A DNA stretch of 64,000 bases from Selaginella moellendorffii (Eukaryota; Plantae; Lycopodiophyta): the NCBI RefSeq assembly GCF_000143415.4, contig NW_003314316.1:1-64000 (forward strand), given 5' to 3'. Below, piece after piece: positions 47,401 to 60,800 of the stretch. How positions within the stretch are numbered: position 1 is the first letter of the stretch; every line of letters begins with the position of its first letter. A program made the translations under genes and the position numbers. The notes beneath the pieces are model-generated. The model was not told where the DNA came from. It made no database searches and saw only the letters and a list, made by a program, of their open reading frames with translations.

Positions 47401-49284
47401 CGGTCGGCAGCTAGCTCTCAAGGTTAGTTTTGAAGTTATCTCCCGGATTATGGTCTCTTAACAATATTGTGTCAGGTTAGTGCGAACTCAGTGTATGGAT
47501 TCACAGGCGCAACAGTTGGCCAGCTTCCTTGCCTTGAAATTTCATCCAGCGTAACTAGCTATGGTACAATCTCATCCGTTTTGTTTTGTTGGTTTTAATA
47601 GAACGAGAGTTGCAGGAAGGCAGATGATTGAACACACCAAAACCCTCGTGGAAGGACGTTTCAACACAAGCAACAAATATGACAACAATGCAGAAGTACA
47701 TGCTCGGCTTTGTAGAATTCTCAGGATTTGATCTTCTCTTACTGTTTTCAGGTGATCTACGGGGATACGGATTCAGTAATGGTTCAATTTGGTGTCTCTA
47801 CCGTTGAGGACGCCATGAATCTTGGAAGGGAGGCGGCTGATTATATCAGCGGGACATTTACCAAGGTTTTGCCTTCATTGTATGTTTTCTCCACCGATGT
47901 TTTTTTCGGGTATTTGCAGCCTATCAAGTTGGAATTTGAGAAAGTGTACTTCCCCTATTTGCTGATTAGCAAAAAGAGGTATGCGGGCCTACTTTGGACG
48001 AAACCCGCAAAATACGACAAAATGGACACTAAAGGTATTATGACATTGTGCTACAGTATCTACTTAATGTGTGTTTTCTTGTTGTGCATTTTAGGAATTG
48101 AAACTGTTCGGCGAGATAATTGTTTACTAGTAAAAAATGTAGTGACTCAAAGCCTCCACAAGATTCTTGTTGATCGAGATGTGCCTGGAGCTGTGGACTA
48201 TGTTAAGGGCATGATTTCGGACTTGCTGATGAATCGTATGGATCTATCACTTCTTGTTATCACAAAGGTATCATGTGAATAGTATTTGTATCTGTATATC
48301 ACGGCTTGTTTCAGGGCCTCACAAAAACTGGCGATGATTATGCCGTCAAGGCTGCTCATGTTGAGCTTGCTGAGCGTATGCGTAAGGTATGTGCCTCTAA
48401 ATTAGTACATGAGATCGACCTCTGACTTGTCTCAAACTCAACAGCGTGATGCAGCCACTGCTCCAAATGTAGGCGATCGTGTTCCTTACGTCATAATTAA
48501 AGCCGCAAAGGGAGCTAAGGTTGTATGTTTTTGTTCATTGATCTGCTGTCTCTTTAAATTATCTCCTTTCGCAGGCATATGAGCGGTCTGAGGATCCAAT
48601 CTATGTCTTGGAAAATAACATTCCCATCGATCCTCAGTACTATCTGGAAAATCAGCTGAGTAAGGTACCACAAAAGACCGAGATTTGTTTGTGCGCTAAG
48701 ATTATGAGTCGCAGCCACTGCTCCGGATATTCGAACCAATTCTCAAGAATGCGAGCAAGGAGCTTCTCCACGGGAGCCACACTCGCTCCGTGTATATCAC
48801 AACGCCCTCCAACAGTGGCATTATGAAGTTCGCGAAAAAGCAACTAACCTGTCTGGGCTGCAAAGCTATAATCAGGTACAAGCTCCTACTATTTAACTGT
48901 AGCTGATTTGTCACTCGTCCTTTTGACGATAGTGGCGGCGACACACCATTGTGTAAACACTGCAACGGCCGTGAAGCGGAGCTATACCAGAGAACTGTTG
49001 CAAATGGTAGGTTCTGATATACCGTCAGCACTAACGCTACTGCTGTCACGCAGTGAGGGATTTGGAGCAGCTATTTGGAAGGCTGTGGACTCAATGCCAG
49101 CGGTGCCAAGGATCTTTACATCAAGACGTTTTGTGCACAAGGTTGAGCATTGTAGTAGTGTTTATGCCTCAACTAACAAAGGCATTGTGTTTGCAGTCGC
49201 GATTGCCCAATCTTCTATCGACGGAAAAAAGCACAGAAGGATCTGTCGGAAGCCGAACTGCAAGAGCAGCGCTGGGACTTTTAG
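44482..49284 (+). CDS. POLD1: DNA polymerase delta catalytic subunit, multi-exon, apparent +1 frameshift at ~46003
   Basis: SFDIEC (ExoI), GYNICKFD (ExoII), [33 protein letters not shown]-terminal CysA/CysB motifs. Confidence 0.97.
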
Positions 49285-49509
49285 AACATAGAAGGCTTTT
49301 CCATCTTGGACATCTCTATCAGATGTAAGGTTTCCAAGTAGAGGGGATTCATGCCTCTGAAGATATACTATAGCAGCAATCAGCAAGCTCATGACTCGGG
49401 AATATATAATGAAACATTTTCCAGTCTTTATTTATATGAAAAAATCGTTCTGCTTTCTTTCACAACACATCTTATTATGTTGAATCCATGGAACACAACA
49501 TGAAACTTT

Positions 49510-50138
49510 TTACTTCTTGTAAGCTGGTGGAGGTGGCGATGCATACTTGTAGTAAGGTGGTGGAGGGGATTCATATTTGTAGTATGGAGGCGGTGGGGAT
49601 TTGTAGTAATAGTAAGGTGGAGGTGGAGACTCGTACTTGTAGTATGGTGGTGGTGGAGACTCATACTTGTAATAAGGAGGCGGTGGAGATTTATAGTAAT
49701 ATGGAGGCGGTGGTGGCGATTCATACTTGTATGGTGGCGGAGGTGGGGATTCATACTTGTAAGGAGGCGGTGGGGGCGACTCATACTTGTATGGAGGCGG
49801 AGGTGGCGATTCGTACTTGTATGGTGGCGGAGGTGGGGATTCATACTTGTAAGGAGGTGGTGGGGGCGACTCATACTTGTATGGAGGTGGAGGTGGCGAT
49901 TTGTACTTGTATGGTGGTGGCGGTGGAGATTCATACTTGTAAGGAGGCGGTGGGGGCGACTCATACTTGTATGGAGGTGGAGGCGGGGACTCGTACTTGT
50001 ATGGAGGTGGAGGTGGTGATTCGTACTTGTATGGTGGCGGTGGCGGTGACTCATACTTGTATGGCGGGGGCGGTGGAGACTCATACTTGTATGGTGGCGG
50101 CGGTGGCGACTCATACTTGTATGGTGGTGGTGGTGGGG
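49510..50138 (-). CDS. Extensin (hydroxyproline-rich glycoprotein); 5' end lost in gap
   Basis: Tandem ~30-nt units encoding SPPPP(P)YKYE/YKYK; ends SPPPPAYKK*. Confidence 0.92.
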
Positions 50139-50238
50139 NNNNNNNNNNNNNNNNNNNNNNNNNNNNNNNNNNNNNNNNNNNNNNNNNNNNNNNNNNNNNN
50201 NNNNNNNNNNNNNNNNNNNNNNNNNNNNNNNNNNNNNN
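50139..50238. other. Assembly gap
   Basis: Run of about 100 N. Confidence 1.
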
Positions 50239-50672
50239 AAAGCGGCACCCTGTTGCTTGGGGCGTTTCCTTAGATGATATAAGGCTGCACTAAGCACAGT
50301 TCAAAGAAAAAGCCAACAAAGTTGGCACCTTGTCACAACACAAAGAAGACTTCAACATCGTGCTCATGCGGAAATATCGTCAGTTTTTCTTTGATTCTAA
50401 GAAAAAGGAAGGATTCCATGCTACAGCTTTGTCTGAATTTTTCTCCATGGAAGATCAACCTCGATATGGCACAGCACACCACAAAGAAGTCCCATTTACA
50501 CACCAACACACAAACACTGTTTCGTCGATATTTTTCCATCTCTGCTGAGGAAACTCACACCACACCGTTGAAACTCGCGATGTCGTCGGGCCTGACTCAA
50601 GCTTTGACCATCGGAAGGAACGTGTCACAGGGAAGAAGAAAAAGAGATGAGCTAAAAGCTAGGTTTCCACGA

Positions 50673-51300
50673 GCTAAAAGAAGACATCGCTGGGCTTTGC
50701 CTTGGCCTTGTCCTTCAGAGTCATGGATTGCTCTTTGGAGAAATCCCTTAGTTGTCATCCTCCACAACTTCGGATCAGATGTGTCCCGCAAACATGAAAG
50801 ACTGGTAAATGTTATGGTTCCCAGAAGAGTCACGTATGGAATCCCGCATTCAAGTTTGAACCTGGAAGTTCTTATCATAGCAAAAGCAAAAGAAAGAACA
50901 CAATCCATGTCGAGAAGCTCGGCGAGATCCAGTCACAAACTTTCTCGTCCTTGGCATTCTTCTTGAGCTCCAGTCATAGGCGACCATAGTCGGCGCTGTG
51001 GAGCGTGGCCGCCTGGGTCACAACCAGCACCTTCTTGCCCTCGTGATCCACAAAGATGGATCGCAGCGCCTCGGCATTGCCATTGACGAAGAATCCAAAC
51101 TGGACAGCGATGGCGCGCCACACATCGTCTGGCCTGATCACCAGACCAGATTGTGGTGGAAGCTGTAAGCTCTGATCGCGCTCGCCACGAAGCCATTCCT
51201 CTCCGGATGGAAGGCGCTGGCGTCCACGCTGGCGTCCTGCAACACCTGCCTGCTGGAAATCTTTGAGTCCCTCCAGGACATGGGCGTGCTGTGGCGTAGA
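50673..51300 (-). pseudogene. Condensed DUF4419 gene copy
   Basis: Collinear with 52948-54245; large deletions, frameshifts and an intron remnant. Confidence 0.9.
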
Positions 51301-51717
51301 TCTCGGCACCACGGCCGGCTCGGGAAAACTAGTTTTAAAACAGTTCTCAATAATTTCCGGCCGGCTTTGTCATTAGCATTATTCTAAAGTCCTTTGTCTA
51401 AATCAAATGGAATTCCATCTCTTATTCTGTATATATTGCACAAGATCTTAGTGAGAAGATATTGGTGACGAGGTATGATTTCAGTGAATGAGAACATGAG
51501 ACCAAACTTATATTCAAATTATAATGCTTCACAGCATATTTTTCAGTTTTTTATATAAGTTTTCTTTTTTAACTTAATGACTGATTTTCATTAAAATAGT
51601 AAAAAGTAAATAATTATTCTGTAATAGTAATAATTTGTTAGACTATGTAGGAACGCTTTGTGTGCTTGGAAAAGAAAATATATTATTATTGGTTACTAAC
51701 AAATATTATAAACTGAA

Positions 51718-51719
51718 TC

Positions 51720-51777
<58 letters not shown>

Positions 51778-51821
51778 CACAGAGAGAGAGAAAGAGAGTT
51801 TATATATATATATATATATAT
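51718..51821. repeat. (TA)n(GA)n(TA)n microsatellite
   Basis: Directly visible. Confidence 0.95.
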
Positions 51822-52947
51822 TCTAATAAAAAATGATTAAGCTCATATTTTAATTGAGAAATTAGATGACTTTTAAATATAAAGAAATCCCTATAATATA
51901 ATCCTTAAAACTGGTATTCTTTAATCAATGAATCCAGTAAGATCCCAGCTCTCTAGATGAACTATGTTGGTTTGTATAAAAAGTGTTAAAGCACTCTTGA
52001 CATAAAGAAAAATTTTCACAAATTAAAAGATATCATGGAGTGCATGGAAATTTATGACATACATTATAATGTTGAAAATTAAAATAATCATATCCATTAA
52101 AATGCAAGTACTTTTGTGGCAGAAGCTTAGGCTAAACTTTGGTGGCCACATGACTTTTACTGGGATTCTTTTATTTTTATCCAAGAGTTATTTGTGTGGG
52201 AGGTGCTCTTCAAGGATTGTGTTAGATCTTAAGCAAGAAACTAGAAAGTAGAGGCCAAAAAGTCCATGTATAATTGTTAATCTATTGAAGGAGTGAGAGA
52301 AAGCTAAAACCTTAAAAGTTGCTCACACTCACTCATAGATGGTAAACATAACTTATATTAGTGATAACTAAGAATATTAAAATTAAATGTTATTACAGAG
52401 AAAAGTTTAAAGGAGAAATCTGTTAGATTAAAAAATATTTTAGAATATACATGCAAGAGTGGGCAATGTGAGCCTAGAATGGTTTCTATTGTTCTGATAG
52501 TGGAGATACTTTCTCCAACTATCTCAATACAACTCCATTTTGAAAACCTTATTTACTTTTGTCTGGCCATAGATGTGTCACAGGTAACTATATGGAATTA
52601 CTTTTTTGTTCCTCATTTTTTCAACAATTGTCCAAAGATTGTAGTAGGAAGAATTCCCTACTACAGTTTTGGCTGAATTCTTTTACATTGAAAATCTAAC
52701 CTCCACATTTAGAGCCACCACATATTCATGACCTCATCAGACACCAACACCCTCACAACACACTATTTTGTCAATATTTTTCCATCTCTGCCCGTGCGAC
52801 ATCATGATCGTCCGGCCTAACTCAAGCTTTGAACGATTCCTGCTGGAAAAGAAGGAAACAAACAAGGGAAAAAGAGATTAGCCAGAGTTACGGATGAGAA
52901 AAACGTAACAGCTCACCATGATCCCAAAGCTTGCAGGTTTCTACAAA

Positions 52948-54310
52948 CTAAAAGAAGCCATCATGGCTGGGATTTGCCTTGGCCTTGTCCTTGAGAGTCA
53001 TGGCCCAGACAGCTTTTGGAGCAATCCCTTTGTTGTCATCCTTCACAACTTCGTATCCCATGTGTCCCGCAAACATGAAAGCCTCGTAAGTTTTCCCGTT
53101 GTCGTCCACCTTGACATCCAGCGTGAGGTAGCCGGGAGCAATGTTGCTGTCGTCGATGAACGGATACTCAAGCTCCACAGCTTTGTCCCCGGAGAAGAGA
53201 TCCCGGTAACTCTTTTGATCGCCACGCCACTTTCCATCGCTGTCAAAAACACAGAAGGAAGAGATCCAGCCGGAGATGTATGTCGGCCCCGATCCTCCTC
53301 CCAAGTGGTGACAAATTCTGTTCCAAAAGTCCGTGTCAACGTTGCCTTTGCTGCTCTCCACCAACTGGGCAGTGATTTTCTTGAGCATGACACGCCACTT
53401 CTGGCACTCGCTCCCATACTTGTCCAGTTCGTCGATCCTCCGATCGATTTCTTCCCAATCCTCGGTGGTTCCCAGGAGAGTCACGTATGGAATCCCGCAC
53501 AAAAGTTGGAACCTGGATAGAAACAAGCCCTTAGCTTCAAAGATTTAACTACAGCGAGAGACAAACCTGGAGAACACATAGCGTACCATTGACAGCAACG
53601 CAAACAAAAAGAAGTACGCAGAGTGGACACAATAGAATGACAGTGAGAGGTGATTAAACTCTATCACGTCGTTTTTCACGCAGACAAGAACGGAAAAGAA
53701 AACAAGGGAAAAAAAGAAGGAAAACTCACACACACACAGAGCAAAACCATAGCTAGAACCAAGAGGGTGAATCAACTTACTTGTATTCGAAGTAGCTCTT
53801 GAAGGTTGCCATGAGAACCACACTGCCCACCACCACATCGTTCTTGGTTGTAGTCGAGAAGCTCGGCAAGATCCAGTCGCAGACCTTCCCGTCCCTGATA
53901 TTCTTCTTGAGCTCCACGCTCATCTCCCTCGCCAGGAGCCCATAGTCGGCGCTGTGGAGCGCGGCCGCCTGGGACACAACCAGCTCCTTCTTGCCCTGGT
54001 GATCCACAAAGATGGATCGCAGCGCCTCGGCATTGCCATTGACGAAGAATCCAAACTGGATGGCGATGGCGAGCCACACATCGTCGGGGCGAATTACCAG
54101 ATTGTGGTGAGAGCTGTAAGCTTTGATTGCGCTTGCGACGAAGCCATTCTTCTGTGGATGAAAGGCACTCGCGTCGACGCTAGTGCCTTGCAACACCTGG
54201 TAGCAGCCCTCCTGCCGGAAATCCTTGAATCCCTCCAGGAAATGGCCGCGGCCTGGCGGAGATTGCTTCACCTGCGCCGGATCCTTGTCGCAAACCCTAA
54301 ATGTCACCAT
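52948..54310 (-). CDS. DUF4419-family protein, 2 exons
   Basis: NGFV..AY..HHNLVIRPDDVWLAI, HQGKKEL, PSFSTTT..D, YFEY|..CGIPYVTLLGT.EDW, SGPTYISGWI. Confidence 0.85.
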
Positions 54311-54589
54311 TCTCTCTTCTCCCTCCCTCGCTAGCAATCCACACTGTTTAAATTGATGGACCTTCACCCACGTGGCAAGGATTACATGTTAAATTTCTAT
54401 TGGCCAGAACGATATTAAAACTCAAGTCCAACGAAGAAGAAGCACGAGGAGCGAAAAAGTCGAGTCGATTGATCACCCGCTCCAAGAAGAAAAACCATGC
54501 CTAAAGCCCATATTTACAGTTGGCAAAGTGGTGTTATTATCCTGCTTCTATTATCCCGGTTAACGCTGCACTTGAAAGAATGCCAAAAA

Positions 54590-54972
54590 CAATTTGGCAG
54601 CTTGTCATAACACGGGCACACGCACAAAAAGAAAACTTTGAAATATGTCTAGGCTCGCCACGCTGGTGCGTCAACTGTCTCTCGATTCCAAGAAAAAGGA
54701 AGGATTTGCTACAGTTTTGGACGACTGCAGGTTTCAATGGTATGGTGTCAATGGGAAAATTTGCGACGAAATAGTGTTTGTGGAGGTGTCCGTGCGTGGT
54801 GAGTTCATGTATATATGGTGGCAATATCAAGGCATGACCAGAAGGAACGATTCGTTCAAAGTCACAGCCTGTATGAATTAGCCAGAGTCACTGATCAATA
54901 GAAACTGAAAAACTGAGCTTTCCACGAGCTGAAAGAAGCCATGGCTGGGCTTTGCCTTGGCCTTGTCCTCTA
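54590..54972 (-). pseudogene. Third, heavily eroded DUF4419 3'-end/flank unit
   Basis: 54915-54970 matches 52948-52992 and 50660-50715; 54620-54720 matches 50337-50432. Confidence 0.65.
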
Positions 54973-55394
54973 CAGTTCTTCCCCTGTCGTGGCATGCTAA
55001 ATTTCTGGACGATTGCTGGTAGCATTGCCATACCATATAGTGACATAAAAAAAAAGTACAAAATCAACTTAATAGCTAAATGAAATCCCAAGAAGAAAGA
55101 CCATGTGAAAGGAATAGAGATTGAGGTGAAATGTGGCCCAAAGGGTCATCCCTCAAAAGTTTGAGAAGAGCCGATATCTAACATGTTGAAACATTCACAG
55201 ATAAATGCTTCCTTGGCCAAAGATTAAAACCTATACACAGAAGATGCAGCTTTTCTTGTCGAAACCTTTAGGTTTAGGAAAAAAATTCTGAAATACCTGA
55301 TACATAAATAATTTGCTACGTGTTAGTAATGTTTGGTTTGCTTAATCCTATTTATTAATCCTATTGATCAAATAAAAGTTTATAATTAAATTTT

Positions 55395-55590
55395 TTTTAT
55401 AATTTATAAACACAAGATTACATATCAACCATTAAATGGTAGAATATATTAGAAAGTGTTTAAGCAAATTAATAAATTATAAACCTGTTTATACATTATA
55501 TAGATAAAATTAATCTAAATAGATTAAATAGTAGAATATCCTAAAATATCTAAATATATTCTAAATATTTGCTTAAGCAAACCAAAAATT
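55395..55590. repeat. AT-rich repeat related to the 62.7-63.1 kb foldback element
   Basis: Shares tttataatttataaacacaagatta...catatcaaccattaaatggtagaata with 62725-62960. Confidence 0.75.
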
Positions 55591-55965
55591 TAAAGGGTTT
55601 TGCCATTTACACACTTACACATTTGAAGTATTCCACAAACGTTCTTGACGCACTTAATCAGCGGTGCACTGTAGCTGTGGTATGTCCCTCTACCCTTTAT
55701 CGTTCTGTGGCCCGATCGGACACTTGGGGTGTCGAAGAACAAAGAACTTGTCTCTAGAGCAATATCGCAAGTTCGGAAGGTCTACAAGGACACTCAACTT
55801 GTGATAATTATAATAATCCCCCTCGCACATTGCAACCAGAGTCCTCGAGTTGGGGTAGTAATAAGGATATATGCAACTCCTGAGGAAGCCACCACAGTCT
55901 TCAATTGTAATTGGTCCTGCGAAAGCGACTGAACTAAAGGAAAACAAGAGAGGAAAGTACCTCAT
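55590..55965 (-). pseudogene. Secreted cyanovirin-N homolog (CVNH)-like gene, frameshifted
   Basis: Signal peptide then GGFLRSC...LVAMC...VDL; a second frame gives TFRTCDI...GTYHSYSAPLIKCVKNVCGILQ. Confidence 0.45.
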
Positions 55966-57649
55966 TGTTTTTCATTTCCACAGTTATATATGAGGATTGG
56001 AGTGAATCGGTTTTGACTGTGAAGATCTCATCTTGGTCACTGTGCACTTGCCAAATATGATGGATTTCCATAACAGGCTACCGTTCCACTTCTGTGTACG
56101 TGTACAATGAACAGAAACCATCGAGGCTAGATTCTTGGCCTGTTGTGTGCGCTTGGAAACAATTGGCCAATCGCAGAACACACAAAGCTACTTGTTTTTA
56201 CTCACCTTTGAGCAGTGTCCTGCTTCACGCTAAAGCGCTAGACGATCGAATCCACTGTTCCACGGCGGAGTTTTCCAAAGCAAGAAGTGCACTCCCGGAC
56301 GCTGGCTTTGCTGCTGTTCCCGCTGTGTTGTGGTTAGAAGCCTCTCTTTCTCTCTCCCGCGCGATAATGCGGCGTCGAGAGCTCCCGAATTCCCCAAGCA
56401 CTAGCATCGATTGCTCGGCGCCATGCTGCGACACCAACGGGACGCACCACCGCTGGATCATCTGCCCAAAAAGGCACGGAAGTTGCTCTGGAATGGCCCT
56501 GAGAAATCCGCCGGGTCACCATGATGGATAGATCGATCTCCTCCACCGCCGCGAATGGCCGGGGCTCTTGCATGTGCTCCATCACCAGGCACACAATCTT
56601 AGCGCGCTGCCTCCCGAAAGCCCAGCCTATCGCCGCAGCGCTTTAACTCCGGTCCGAAACTTTTACCGGCCCAATTTTTGCTCTCTCGGTACTGCTTGAA
56701 GAGGTTGTGGCGAGCCAAAGCGTTTCGCTTCTTGTCTTCCTTTTTCTTGTCCAGTCCTCTTTACGTCCCCTTAGCACTTGGCCAACACATTCTTTCTAGA
56801 AATCCTGTAAACGGGTATCATCAATCGATGAAATTGTTATGTGCGAGACTGGCCGTCAGTGGTTAGGGTGGGAAGCCTGTGGTTGTCAAGGCGAGGAATG
56901 GAGCTGGGACGAAACTCTGGGAAGAACTGTGAGAGAGGTGCCAGGCGTGCATGGTCTCGTCTGGATTGCATTTATGAGAGCTATGGGGACGTCCATGCTA
57001 GATCAATCATACTGATTGTTTTAGCGCTTTGGCGACCTGGGCGATAATCATGAAAGAGCGTACACAAATCCATATGTTTAGGGTAGATTCGCTGGCTACA
57101 AGGTGGCGCTGAGGGCTTTGGCATTTTCAGTCTTTCGCGGCCAGCGGAAGAATCATTGTCCCTGCACCTTCGATCCAGGTTAGCACCATTCTCCAATCTG
57201 TGCAGTTTTTGCTTTGGAGATGTGGGAGTGGATTTTGGTTCAGGGGTTGGAGTCACCTTGGGAGCCATGGGAGGTAGCTCCTGACGGGTTCTCTTGGAGG
57301 GATTGACACGAGCCTTCCACGAGTCCGTTTTTCCTAGAGGCCCAACCGCCACCCTAAGAAGGAAGTTGAGAGTTAAAAGAGCAGTGGTGCATAGGAGTGA
57401 TGAGGGCCAAACTGCGGCCGGGGAGGAGTTGGCTGAAATGAAGGGCCCGGGATGGAGAAAGGAGAGAAACTGAATCCAAAGAAAGCAGAGAAGAAAGTGG
57501 GTTTCAAAGGCGAGGGGACCTTGGATGGGCAGGAACAAGGACAATCGGACATATCTAGTGAGAAGAATGCAGAGAGAATGCTAGAGGCATGGAGAAACGG
57601 TCACGATCGGGTGAGGAGGAGGAAGCCTTGCAGGATATTTAAGGGACTG

Positions 57650-57875
57650 TGATGCCAGAGGAGTTGAAGCAACTACTGCCAAGATTTCCTCATGTTTTCT
57701 GACGGCCTATCGCATATGGAGGCAAGCGAGAGAACGGGTAGAAGGCATCATATTATCTGGAGCCAGGCTCTCCAACGTCAACAAGAGCATCTGAGGAGCG
57801 AGGTACAGGAGTTGCTTGCACAAGGACTCATCGAAAACAACTTGTGGTCATTTGTAGCTCCAGTATTGCTTGCCA
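57650..57875 (+). mobile_element. Ty3/gypsy pol remnant interrupted by the copia element
   Basis: ELKQLLPRFPHVFSD...EHLRSEVQELLAQGLIEN..SFVAPVLL resembles the gypsy RT N-terminus. Confidence 0.55.
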
Positions 57876-60800
57876 TGATGGAACAGGTGTAAAGGAATAG
57901 TACTTGACATATATTGGTACAGCACTTCTCTATATACACATCCTAGTTCCTTTGGTTGCACCTTGATCTCTCCTTGGTTCCAACACTCCCCCTCGATCTG
58001 ATGTCTTTTAATCAGATTGCTGCTCCCCCTGTGAAACCAGTCCAAGTTGTTGTCGTAGTCATTCAAACTGTCGGACTTCAATTGTAGTCTTTGTGAGCAG
58101 ATCTGCAGTCATCTTTATTGTGGGGATGTATCTCAGCCTGACTTCTTCTCTCTTGATCCACTCCCTGATAAAGTAATGAAACATCTTTGTTTCTCCCATG
58201 ATGCACTGGGTTCACGATGGACTGAAGACATACTGTGTTGTCATTGTAGATATTCAGTGGTACTTGCATCTCAAAACTGATATCTTGGAGCAAGCGTCGA
58301 ATCCATAAAGATTCCTTAACAGCTTCCATAACCGCATTGTACTTTGCTTCACAAGTAGCCAATGCCACCATCCTTTGTTTCTGGCTATGCCATGACACAA
58401 CTGCATTAGAGAATTTGAACATGTACCCAGTTGTTGATCTCCTATCATCCAGATCACCAGCAAGATCAGCATCTACCATTCCATATGGTATAAGTGCACT
58501 GAATCCAATTTCTCCTCCAGCCATCCCCTTGTACTCGAGATAAAGTGATGAAATTTGTCGTATGTAGTTAAAGATTTGCTCTATTGCATTGTCTCTTTCT
58601 GGGATTTTGCATGAACTGGCACACTTTGGAAATAGCTGCTGCTATATCTGGTTTGCTTGATGTGGCTAAATACATCAATGCTCCAACCACATTTTGATAT
58701 GGTAGCTTAGCCATCTCCTTCTTCTCCCCCTCGGAACGTGGTTGATCCACTTTGGAGAGCTTGTTGAATTGGAGTGCTAGAGTTGGAACTAGACGGGCAG
58801 TAAAGAAACCACCATATTCCTTAATAAGATTTGAGATATACTTATATTGATGGGCTTATCACGCACAATTTGTAAGCCTAAGCAAAAGGAAATTTTACCA
58901 AGATCTGTCATTCGAAGTTGTTTGGAGAGTAGTTCTTTAAGCCATTTAAGATTTGTTGTCTTTCCGGCCATGATGAGATCGTCAACATAAATACACATGA
59001 GAATAAGCAAGCCATCACAAAAACAATAATATAGATTCCAATCTGCTCCTGCACAAGAGAAACCAAGAGTTACAAAAAACTTGTGCAAAGTATTATACCA
59101 GAATTGTTTTAATCCATAAATGGACCACTGGAGTTTACAAATATAATGCTCCTTCCCTTGGATCTCAAAACCTGGAGGTTGCTATATATACACTGGTTCT
59201 TCCAGCTTGCTATTGACAAATGCATTCTTAATGTCCATTTGCTCAATCTCAAGTCTAAGTGATTAGCAATTGCAAGAACAAAACGAATAGAAGCTATTTT
59301 AACTATGGGTGAAAAAATCTCACTATAATTGGTTCTTGCTCGTTATGTGTATCCTTTTGCAACTAACCTTGCTTTGTACTGATCACCTATCTCCTTATAT
59401 TTTATCTTGTGAACACACTTACACTGTATGATTGAAGCCTTGCAAGGAACCTCATGTGGTGAAATGAGTGTCCAGGAACCATTCTCTAATTGAGCATGAT
59501 ATTCATCCTGCATTGCTTGTCACCAATGGAAACATTGCAGTCCAGAGAGTGCTTCTTCTAAGTTTGTTAGCTCATGAATTGCTTGTGCTGCTTGTGCATA
59601 ATAATGTATAATGTGGGATGTAGGTTTCCAAGGTCTGAGAGAGTGTTGGAGCATCCAGAGATTCACCATGCTCTGGCTCTGATAAGCCACTACTCTCTAG
59701 ATTTGCATGAGCAATATCCAACTCATTAGAATTCTAAAGCAAAGTACCTCATTTTGAGATTTTAGAGTCATTATCATCTATAGCTGGAGACAAAACTTCT
59801 TGAGATGGCAGTGAATCCTCAGGTGGTGGTTCAAGGGTAGTGGCAGTGGTGGTTCCAGAGGTAGTGGTGGTTCTGCTGGAGAAGTCTCTGGAGTTGATAA
59901 CCCTCATTATTGTTATTTCTATGTCCTTTGGTTAGAACTGAATGTAAGAAATACCTGGTGTCTTTCTTATTGCTGACTAACGAGGCAGAGTACGCTGGTA
60001 CATCTTCTCGAAAGAAAACAGTATGCCTTTAGTATTCTCATTGTAGCCAAGCATCATGCATCTTGTTGAACGATCTTCCCATTTATTTCGTCTTTCCTCA
60101 GCTGAAATGTATACATATCCTACACATCCAAACACACGTAAATATGTAATAGATGGTTTTAAACCTGTCCAAATTTCATATGGTGTTTTGTCCAGATTGC
60201 TTTTGTAGGAAGAATATTTTGCACATGAACTGTAGTATTCACAGCCTTGGCCCAAAAGAATACTGAAACATTGAATGCCTTAAGAATTGATCTGGCCGCA
60301 TCAAGGACTGTTAACATCTTCCACTCCACAACCCCGTTTTGACTATATTCATATTGTGTAGAGATTTGGAAGAAGATACCATGTGATGCAAGGATCGTCC
60401 GGAATTCTCGTGAGAGAAGCTCCTGTCTTCCATTGACTCTAAGTGTGTGGATTGTCATCCCACATTTATTTTCTGACTCTCGAATCCATTCCAGAAACTT
60501 ACAAGGGTGATGCTCCCCAAATAATATTTTTACCTCAAGTTGACACTTTCTTTGGAAGTGTTTTCTTTTTCATCTTAGCTTGAAGACATACCTCACATGT
60601 GTCTGAACTTGTGTGCTTCAAGTCTGGCACTCCAAATACTAGCTCAGGGATTTCCTTCACTCGTTAAAAGCTTGCGTGGCCTAGCTGAAGATGCCATAGT
60701 TGTAAATATGAGTTTTTAGAAAAGGAGATAGAATGCACACTTGGAATGTCTAGTGAAAGGAAATAAAGGCCATTCAAGGCCATTGCCTAAGCAATTCGTG

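Noticed and set aside
49428-50297. His-rich, Gly-rich and VEVAIHTCM-repeat ORFs; CRISPR-like periodicity
   Set aside because: Alternative frames of the extensin repeat; no unique spacers, eukaryotic context, and the ORFs run through the N gap
56200-56680. Possible protein kinase relic (KIVCLVMEHM)
   Set aside because: Only one hinge-like motif; no HRD, DFG or APE found
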